Shown here: one piece after another, positions 57,874 to 64,000 of the stretch | Numbering within the stretch: position 1 is the first letter of the stretch | How the letters are laid out: each line of letters begins with the position of its first letter | From: Thermoplasmataceae archaeon | GTDB lineage: Archaea; Thermoplasmatota; Thermoplasmata; Thermoplasmatales; Thermoplasmataceae | Assembly (NCBI GenBank): GCA_043196285.1 | Contig: JBBYJL010000001.1 | Coordinates: 145 to 64,144, forward strand | Reading direction: 5' to 3' | Length of the DNA stretch: 64,000 nt | Notes under the pieces: generated by a model | Database searches by the model: none | What the model saw: the letters and a program-made list of their open reading frames with translations, nothing else | What the model was told of the DNA's origin: nothing | Translations under genes and position numbers: made by a program

Positions 57874-58734
57874 TTGTCTAAGATAGAGGATGCATTCCTT
57901 TTCACTCTCATGGCGTCGTTCTGGGCCCTGAATTACCCAATCCTAAAAATCGCCCTTAATCTTGAACCTCCGTTCGTGATACTCCTGTTCAGGGTCATGT
58001 TTGCAGCACTGTTCGCCCCGTTGTTTTTGAGGGGTGAAACCTTCCGTGGAATGAATCTTCATGAAAACATAAAAATTTTTGGAATAGGGCTGCTCAACAT
58101 AGTTATCTTCATGGGGTTTTGGTTCGTTGGAGAATCATACGTTTCGGCATCAGTCAGTTCAATTCTCATCTACTCCTATCCTATTTTCAATGTCATGCTC
58201 TCAATTTTGATTCTGAGGGAAAGGATCTCAGCTGGTATATCAATGGGAATTATACTTGGTTTTACTGGTCTTTTCCTGATATCTTTTCATGAGTATTATA
58301 TTACCAGTGCATTGGGGTTAATATTCCTGATAATTGCTTCAGTTTCCTGGGCGTTAGGGACCGTGCTTTATAAGAAATTTCTCGGAAGGACATCTCCACG
58401 GATGGTCAATTTTATGCAGTATATTTACTCTATACCAATCCTGCTGATCCTGTCTTTTGTGGCAGATCCGGCATTCGTCTATTCGCTCAGTTATAAGTTC
58501 CTGATCCTGATGATCTATATGGGCTCACTTGGCACAGCCTTTGCTTACCTTATATATTTCCGGCTGTTCAGGAAATACAGTGTTTCTTCAATTTCATCTT
58601 ACTTTTTTGCTGTTCCGGCCTTGTCAGTTGTGTTCAGTTTCTTCATACTCGACGAAAAAAGTTCCATCGATATCTACATAGGCATGATACTGATCTCGGC
58701 AGGGATATTCCTCAGCTCCAAATACTCGCAATAA
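57874..58734 (+). CDS. DMT-superfamily (EamA-like) transporter
   Basis: 286 aa with about 10 hydrophobic helices in two similar halves. The start is uncertain (TTG 57874 or ATG 57910). Confidence 0.75.
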   Translation: MSKIEDAFLFTLMASFWALNYPILKIALNLEPPFVILLFRVMFAALFAPLFLRGETFRGMNLHENIKIFGIGLLNIVIFMGFWFVGESYVSASVSSILIYSYPIFNVMLSILILRERISAGISMGIILGFTGLFLISFHEYYITSALGLIFLIIASVSWALGTVLYKKFLGRTSPRMVNFMQYIYSIPILLILSFVADPAFVYSLSYKFLILMIYMGSLGTAFAYLIYFRLFRKYSVSSISSYFFAVPALSVVFSFFILDEKSSIDIYIGMILISAGIFLSSKYSQ

Positions 58735-58854
58735 AAATTGCGGGTTTTCCGGGATATCTGGATCAATTTACCAGGGAGATCATCTGCATTCTTCCCTGTC
58801 ATTATTGCTCAAACAGTAACGATATATACACACCATAACATTCCAGTCTGGCAG

Positions 58855-59469
58855 ATGACAGTGCTAGACGATCTTTGCACAAAAATAGTGCAATGCAAGA
58901 AGTGCGATCTCCACTATTTCAGAAAAAGGGCAGTTTGTGGCAGAGGAGCGGCCACCTCCAGCATATTCCTTATAGGGGAGGCTCCAGGATCAAAAGAGGA
59001 CGAAACAGGGATCCCTTTCGTGGGTAGAAGCGGTGCTATGCTGGATGGTATACTGTCTGAAATTGGGGTAGAAAGGAAAGATTTGTTCATAACAAATGCC
59101 GTAAAATGCAGACCTGGCAGGGGAAAGCAACCAAGGATCAGCGAAATAAAGACATGTTCCACATATCTGAAGAATGAGATTGAATTTCTGAAGCCGAAAG
59201 TAATCATACCGATGGGGAATTCTGCCCTGAAATCACTTGAACTGATACTTGGAATAAAGATGGACAATGTGACGAGTTCCAGTGGAAAATTCTTCATGGT
59301 TAAGAATATTATAGTCGCACCACAGTTTCATCCCGCTGCTATCCTAAGAAATCCAAAACGGAAAGAGTATTTTAAGGATCATATGAACAAGGCATTTTTG
59401 CTTGCCAAGAACATACCTGCAAGCGTGGACGAGGAATTTATCAGGGTAAATAAAATTAAGATTATTTGA
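58855..59469 (+). CDS. udg: Uracil-DNA glycosylase, family 4 (Fe-S type)
   Basis: CKKCDL...CGRG, GEAPGSKED, FVGRSG and HPAAILRNP. The track ORF begins at 58738; I prefer ATG 58855 (MTVLDDLCTKIVQCKKC). Confidence 0.85.
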   Translation: MTVLDDLCTKIVQCKKCDLHYFRKRAVCGRGAATSSIFLIGEAPGSKEDETGIPFVGRSGAMLDGILSEIGVERKDLFITNAVKCRPGRGKQPRISEIKTCSTYLKNEIEFLKPKVIIPMGNSALKSLELILGIKMDNVTSSSGKFFMVKNIIVAPQFHPAAILRNPKRKEYFKDHMNKAFLLAKNIPASVDEEFIRVNKIKII

Positions 59470-59473
59470 AAAT

Positions 59474-60931
59474 TTATACCTGATATAGCTGGTAGTTGGG
59501 GGGCTCGGATATAATCTTGATGTCATGTGGGTGACTCTCCCTGAGCCCCGATGCAGTAATCTTGACGAACCTTCCTTTTTCCTGGAGCTCCTCAATGTTT
59601 TTTGCACCGACGTATCCCATCCCTGACTTCACGCCCCCTATTAGTTGGAAAAGGACATCTTCAACTTTTCCCCTATAGGGAACAGCACCTTCAACACCTT
59701 CCGCCACAAACTTGTTTCCCGACAATTTTCCATATCGATCGGAAACTCCTCCCCTGATTGCACCTATAGATCCCATACCCCTGTAGGTTTTGTATTTCCT
59801 ACCATTGATGATCATCTCAACTCCTGGGCTTTCCTCAGTTCCAGCCAGCAGGGACCCGAGCATTATGGTACTGGCTCCAGCAGCAAGCGCTTTAACCATA
59901 TCTCCTGAATACCTGATCCCTCCATCAGCAATAACAGGAACTTTGTGTTCCTTTGCCACATCCGCAACCTCTGATATTGCAGTCAACTGTGGAAATCCAA
60001 TACCTGCGATGATGCGAGTGGTACAGATAGAACCCGGTCCAATGCCCACCCTAAGTGCATCCACTTCAAGGGATATAAGATCCTCTGCAGCCTCTTTAGT
60101 TGCAATATTTCCAGCAACTATGTCAATGCTCACGGCCTTTCGCAGTTTCTTTATGGAGTCAAGCACATTAGTGTTATGTGCATGTGCAGTATCGACAACG
60201 ATTGCATCGGCGCCAACCTTCTCAAGGTTCACAGCTCTTTCTATGTCAAATGGTCCCACAGCAGCGGCTACAAGGAGTTGTCCATCACTGTCTCTGGTAG
60301 CTTCCGGATATTTCTGTCTTGTCGTTATGTCTTTGGAGGTGATAAGGCCGACAACCCTTCCGTTCTTGTCGACTAATGGAAGTTTCTCTATCCTGTTCTT
60401 GTAAAGTATCCTTCTGGCTTCATCAATCTCAACATCCTCTGGTGCGTAAATCACGTCCCTGGTCATTACGTCTGAAACCTTATGCTTGTCGTTCCCTACA
60501 AAATCCAAATCTCTCTTAGTGACAATGCCAACCAGTCTATCATTCGAGATAACAGGAAGTCCGGCTATGTTCTTCGATCTCATGATGTTTATTACCTCTT
60601 CAATAGACGTGTCAGGCTCTACTGTGTGGACATTCCTGATTCTTAGAGACTCTTCTCTTTTCACCTTGCTGACCATTTGTAGCTGAAGGTTAGTGGAAAG
60701 GTTTCTGTGGACGACACCAATCCCCCCGTATCTTGCCATTGCAATAGCCATCTGGTCTTCCGAGACCGTGTCCATGGGAGAACTTACGACGGGTATTTTT
60801 AGGGAAATGTTACGCGTAAACTTAGTATCCACCAACGCAAACCTAGGTTCTACAGAACTCCTGCCTGGAATAAGGAGTACATCGTCAAACGTGTATCCCT
60901 CCATCATCGCAGAAAATTTTTCCTTAAACAT
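59474..60931 (-). CDS. guaB: IMP dehydrogenase with a CBS pair
   Basis: Begins MFKEKFSAMMEGYTFDDVLLIPG, with the catalytic loop GIGPGSICTTR and GGIRYSGD. The track ORF (to 61057) is an artefactual extension into the IS right-end repeat. Confidence 0.9.
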   Translation of the reverse strand: MFKEKFSAMMEGYTFDDVLLIPGRSSVEPRFALVDTKFTRNISLKIPVVSSPMDTVSEDQMAIAMARYGGIGVVHRNLSTNLQLQMVSKVKREESLRIRNVHTVEPDTSIEEVINIMRSKNIAGLPVISNDRLVGIVTKRDLDFVGNDKHKVSDVMTRDVIYAPEDVEIDEARRILYKNRIEKLPLVDKNGRVVGLITSKDITTRQKYPEATRDSDGQLLVAAAVGPFDIERAVNLEKVGADAIVVDTAHAHNTNVLDSIKKLRKAVSIDIVAGNIATKEAAEDLISLEVDALRVGIGPGSICTTRIIAGIGFPQLTAISEVADVAKEHKVPVIADGGIRYSGDMVKALAAGASTIMLGSLLAGTEESPGVEMIINGRKYKTYRGMGSIGAIRGGVSDRYGKLSGNKFVAEGVEGAVPYRGKVEDVLFQLIGGVKSGMGYVGAKNIEELQEKGRFVKITASGLRESHPHDIKIISEPPNYQLYQV

Positions 60932-60950
60932 TGTAGAGAATAACCAGTCG

Positions 60951-60962
60951 ATATTTAAATAT
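60951..60962 (-). promoter_or_regulatory. Candidate guaB TATA element, the 12-bp palindrome ATATTTAAATAT
   Basis: It is centred about 25 nt upstream of the guaB ATG (60931), which implies a leaderless or near-leaderless mRNA. It lies 3 nt from the IS right-end boundary (60966). Confidence 0.3.
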
Positions 60963-60965
60963 AAG

Positions 60966-61205
60966 TGAACTACCACACACCGACGCATGGGGGGTTCCTG
61001 ATTCAACGACCGACATCTGCCTATATGAATATATTCCATGCATGGCAGAAGTGGCAATCTCCACAGTCGTTAATTCCGGCTTCACCGGTTCTGCCTTTAT
61101 CAATTCAACCCTCCTTATGTTCCTTGATGCGTTGTAGTCTCTATAAATTATCAGACCGCAGACATCGCAGGGACAGTTTATATCTCCAGGGCAATGACAT
61201 GCCAA
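60966..61205 (-). pseudogene. tnpB: tnpB C-terminal fragment (Zn finger plus RuvC-III) and element right end, copy 2
   Basis: The minus-strand ORF reads (L)ACHCPGDINCPCDVCGLIIYRDYNASRNIRRVELIKAEPVKPELTTVEIATSAMHGIYSYRQMSVVESG... The C..CG...RD.NA..NI motif is the TnpB C-terminal signature. Confidence 0.7.
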
Positions 61206-61809
61206 CCGTTATAACCGGAATATTGCATCGAATTCGATCCATTACTGGAGAGATTGATCTTGCCCTGTTCGACCGAGGCTTCTACTCAAAGGATCTAATG
61301 ATCTCGCTGCAAAGCATGGAGATACCATATCTCATATTTGTGCCGAAGAATGATTCCGTGAAGAGGGAACTGGAATCTATGAATTATGGTGAGAAGAGGA
61401 TCACACAGCATGAATTCTCATTCTATCGGGACGGGAGGAAGATCACGGGGATACTCATCTAGCATTCCTGAAAAGGATATTCGACCACAGGACAGAGGAA
61501 TACTATGACTGGACATTCGCAATCAGCATGGGTAACGTCGATCTCGAACGAATCATAAAGCAGTAAAGGATGCGTTGGAGAATAGAGACCATGTTCAGGG
61601 TTCAGGATGAGGGCAGGATTAAAACAAAGTCGAAACGCATTGAGGTCAGGCATTTCCTGTTCGCATATGAACAGCTTGTGGAATCAATCAGGTATATTTT
61701 CTATCATGAGGAGGTGAGCTTCAAGAGGTTTCTCATCGAGTTGAGTGATTCCTGTACAGAAATGGTGAACAACGATGAGAGAAAGGAAAGAACCCGCAAA
61801 CAGTCATGA
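61199..61809 (+). pseudogene. IS4/ISH3-family DDE transposase, 5'-truncated, frameshifted and carrying a nonsense codon
   Basis: Three consecutive frames carry the remnant. (1) ...IDLALFDRGFYSKDLMISLQSMEIPYLIFVPKND... runs to the stop at 61460-61462. (2) LAFLKRIFDHRTEEYYDWTFAISMGNVDLERIIKQ ends in TAA (61564-61566). (3) RMRWRIETMFRVQDEGRIKTK.... Fragments 2 and 3 are actually in the same frame (separated only by the TAA), so the remnant occupies two reading frames, with a single frameshift between fragments 1 and 2. DRGFYS and Y-x-x-RW-x-IE-x(6)-K are IS4-family hallmarks, and the TAA sits where the conserved Tyr is expected. Confidence 0.65.
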
Positions 61810-62240
61810 ATAGAGTCTGTGGGCGGACGACCATTCTTTTCCCATTCTCTCAACCTGTGTAGCTATAGCTGTCTAAAAAGCTAACTCAATTCGGAGATAC
61901 TGTGAAGGTGGCTGAGATAAAGGACTGGGAAATAACAGGGAGATTAAGTGTAAAAAATGGAATCTACATAGATACCGTACAGCACAAGTTCAGTCGAATA
62001 AAAAATATGTGTTAATCCGAGGGAGTTCAGTTATAAACAAATCTACACCTACCGAAGTGTTTTTCCAAGAGAACTTTCTGTTCCTCATTGGGATACAATT
62101 TCACAGTGGTAGGTGTTATCGTCATTATAGATATTGATAAAATCTCATAAGTTTTTAGCTCGCCTTCATTGCTTATCCTGCGAAAGCGGAATTCTCAATC
62201 GTAATGTCAAAACTCTATTTACAAACCAGCAGTTCAACGG

Positions 62241-62990
62241 TCAATCGGTATGTGAGCTGTTGCCCTTGATTATGTTAGAGACAAACTCAACGGTTTTCTT
62301 TTTGCTATTGTCAAACGTGTAATCTATACTGTTAAAATAAGCTTCGACCGCAGAAGGATTCAGTGTCAACCGGAATGCAGTGAGATCAACGGTGGGCCTG
62401 ATCAATGACCTGTATTTTTTTATTGCCTTTGATATTGTGGCTGCATAGCTTGAACAGTCCGCGCTTTTTGAGCAGACAGTTACAGCATATACAGGCGGCA
62501 TATGGAACAACCTTGAAAATTCGTGACCCACATCAATCAGAATCCTGATGCCAGGTTTATAGGCCTTAAGGGCCTCATCTCCTATGACCAGGGCATATTC
62601 CTCCTCTTCAAGTAATTCATCTACATAAGTTCTCTTCGATGGATGGAACTCGGCCCTGATGCCCATCTTCTTAAGCACTTCATTTGCATATAAAACCGTG
62701 GTTTCCGTGTGTGCAGTAACTGCAATGTGTATGTTCTCCCTAAGATCCTCCTTTCTGGAGGCAATAACTGCAGAAATTGTTGCTGATTTAGAACTTATTG
62801 TCGCAGACTCCATCAGATCGAGCTGATCTGAATGCTGAAAATATGAGACTAGGGAAACCATCCCACCTTCTAGCTCTCCGGAGAGTATTTTTGACAGTAT
62901 TTCGCGAGGCCCATATCTCATAAAGGAATAACGATCATTAAGTGCCAGATAGAAAGGATCGCTGTGGGCAAAACTTATGATTCCAAACAA
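62241..62990 (-). CDS. MqnA/MqnD-family menaquinone (futalosine pathway) biosynthesis protein
   Basis: 249 aa. The N-terminus FGIISFAHSDPFYLAL...PREILSKILSGELEGGMVSLVSYF resembles the periplasmic-binding-protein-like MqnA/MqnD fold family (VitK2_biosynth). I cannot tell which of the two it is. Confidence 0.55.
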   Translation of the reverse strand: MFGIISFAHSDPFYLALNDRYSFMRYGPREILSKILSGELEGGMVSLVSYFQHSDQLDLMESATISSKSATISAVIASRKEDLRENIHIAVTAHTETTVLYANEVLKKMGIRAEFHPSKRTYVDELLEEEEYALVIGDEALKAYKPGIRILIDVGHEFSRLFHMPPVYAVTVCSKSADCSSYAATISKAIKKYRSLIRPTVDLTAFRLTLNPSAVEAYFNSIDYTFDNSKKKTVEFVSNIIKGNSSHTD

Positions 62991-62996
62991 AAACGC

Positions 62997-63962
62997 TCAC
63001 GCCTGTTTTCCTATCTCAATTTTCTTCGGTTTCCTGAGGTTAGTGATCATGTCGTCAACCATCCTCTCGAAATCATAACTGAACTTAAATCCCCAGTCTC
63101 TTGAAGCCTCTGAATGATCAATTGTTTCAGGCCAGCTGTCTGCTATGGACTGTCTGAAATCAGGAACGTATTCCACAGAGAAATCCGGGATCCTCTTCTT
63201 TATTGCGTTTTCAAGATCTTTTGGAGTAAAGCTAAATGCAGAAATATTGTAGTCGGTATGATGACTGAGGACCGAAACATCCGCCTCGTAAAGCTGTAAA
63301 AAGGCGTTGATTGCGTCCGGCATGTACATCATAGGAAGCATTGTGTCATCTTTTAAGAAACATGTATATTTCTTGTTCGCTATGGCATAATGAAACATCT
63401 CAACGGAGTAATCTGTTGTCCCTCCTCCCGGCATTGCAGAATAGCTTATGAGTCCAGGGTACCTGAGCCCTCTGACATCAAGGCCAAATCTGTAAAAATA
63501 ATAGTTTCCAAGTATCTCTGTTGCCACCTTTGTGACTCCGTACATGGTTCTTGGCTTGGTCACAGTGTCAACTGGAACATCTTTTTTAGGGGTCTCATTT
63601 CCAAATACTCCTATAGTGCTTGGGATCATTATCTTTGAAAGTTTTCTCTTAAGTCCAGCCTCCAAAATATTGTATGTACCCAGTAGATTTATCTGGAACG
63701 CTTTTTGAGGATTTTTCTCACCAGTTGCTGACAGAATTGCTGCCAGGTGAAACACAGATTCAACATGGAAATCATCAATTGCCCTGATAATTGAATCAGC
63801 GTTTGAAACATCAATGATGGAATTCCTGAATCTTTTAAGATCAGGTGGCGTCGGAATTACATCCGATATGATGACATTCTCAGTTCCATATCTTTTCTCC
63901 AATTCAGGTATTAACTCTCTGCCAACCTGCCCATACGCACCTGTAACAAGAATTGTGCCCAT
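62997..63962 (-). CDS. NAD-dependent epimerase/dehydratase-fold enzyme, probably an SDR-type L-threonine 3-dehydrogenase
   Basis: ILVTGAYGQVGRELIPELEKRYGTENVIISDV plus the Y-x3-K context (YGVTKVATE) resembles the GalE-like L-threonine dehydrogenases described from Thermoplasma. I prefer ATG 63962; the track has GTG 63968. Confidence 0.65.
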   Translation of the reverse strand: MGTILVTGAYGQVGRELIPELEKRYGTENVIISDVIPTPPDLKRFRNSIIDVSNADSIIRAIDDFHVESVFHLAAILSATGEKNPQKAFQINLLGTYNILEAGLKRKLSKIMIPSTIGVFGNETPKKDVPVDTVTKPRTMYGVTKVATEILGNYYFYRFGLDVRGLRYPGLISYSAMPGGGTTDYSVEMFHYAIANKKYTCFLKDDTMLPMMYMPDAINAFLQLYEADVSVLSHHTDYNISAFSFTPKDLENAIKKRIPDFSVEYVPDFRQSIADSWPETIDHSEASRDWGFKFSYDFERMVDDMITNLRKPKKIEIGKQA

Positions 63963-64000
63963 TAGCACTAAATCCTCTTAATGCTATTAAATATTAATTC

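Larger units (their letters stand above)
60966..62213 (-). mobile_element. Composite IS graveyard: tnpB-element copy 2 (right end plus C-terminal tnpB tail, and left end plus a ~23-codon tnpB stub), interrupted by an IS4/ISH3-like transposase fragment
   Basis: The right-end block 60966-61170 and left-end block 62025-62213 match copy 1. The interior is replaced by unrelated transposase-derived sequence on the opposite strand. Confidence 0.7.

Noticed and set aside
59790-60404. Long antisense ORFs inside well-supported genes. Examples are 59790-60404 (204 aa, inside guaB), 41316-41783 (inside ftsZ), 56696-57193 (inside the GT2 gene), 51071-51511 (inside sua5), 661-1125 (opposite vapC) and 18969-19436 (opposite atpD).
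   Set aside because: These are shadow ORFs. Their translations are low-complexity and Ser/Pro/Leu-rich, they lack motifs, and each is fully embedded opposite a gene with strong family signatures.
60932-61057. A 42-codon N-terminal extension of guaB in the ORF track (MPLLPCMEYIHIGRC...).
   Set aside because: The extension runs into the repeated IS right-end block and has no IMPDH similarity. The canonical IMPDH N-terminus MFKEKFS...GYTFDDVLLIPG begins at ATG 60931.
60965-61462. A 165-aa plus-strand ORF spanning the IS right-end block and the ISH3-like fragment.
   Set aside because: It is a chimeric reading frame. Its first ~78 codons are antisense to the tnpB tail, and only its C-terminal part (from MPTVITG...) is transposase-like. 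I treat it as part of a pseudogene, not an intact gene.
1-64000. I looked for CRISPR arrays, cas genes and recognisable multi-gene defence islands across the whole window.
   Set aside because: There are no short regularly spaced direct repeats and no Cas-like proteins. The only defence-type module is one vapBC pair, and the only RNA-guided-nuclease relatives are decayed tnpB fragments. I cannot support a claim of a novel multi-gene system here.

Overview
This window looks like an archaeal chromosomal segment, probably from a Thermoplasmata/Thermoplasmatales-type organism. That assignment is an inference from gene content only: an A1Ao ATPase operon, sn-glycerol-1-phosphate dehydrogenase, an S19e/L39e/L31e/aIF6 cluster, NAC, an archaeal CCA-adding enzyme, a tricorn-factor-like M1 aminopeptidase and a family-4 UDG. 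All calls come from reading motifs in the supplied translations; no database search was possible.

Coding is dense and mostly housekeeping:
- A five-gene GlgE-pathway alpha-glucan operon on the minus strand (glgB-glgE-treS-mak-glgX, 13426 down to 4033).
- A complete A-type ATPase operon in the order K-E-C-F-A-B-D-(small ORF)-H-I (13684-22077).
- Purine and pyrimidine genes (purEK, pyrE, pyrF, guaB), translation genes (metG, cca, aIF6, ribosomal proteins, Sua5), several peptidases, an ftsZ, an ABC exporter pair, a sequon-rich surface protein and a processive-type GT2 synthase.
- One tRNA, tRNA-Gln(UUG), at 35234-35305 (-).

The accessory or mobile content sits in three places:
- 1-1380: an IS transposase fragment, a VapBC toxin-antitoxin pair and a truncated integrase stub.
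- 35336-36208: an internally deleted tnpB-only IS200/IS605-family element next to tRNA-Gln.
- 60966-62213: a second decayed copy of that element, disrupted by a 5'-truncated, frameshifted IS4/ISH3-like transposase pseudogene.

I found no CRISPR array, no cas genes and no recognisable multi-gene defence island. The items most worth follow-up are:
- The treS/mak junction, where the conserved maltokinase N-terminus has no canonical start codon.
- The strongly conserved right-end (omega-RNA-type) block shared by both decayed tnpB elements, each pointing into the 5' end of a host gene.
- An unlisted 56-codon tail-anchored ORF coupled on both sides inside the ATPase operon.
- A ThiS/SAMP-like gene 14 nt downstream of tRNA-Gln(UUG).
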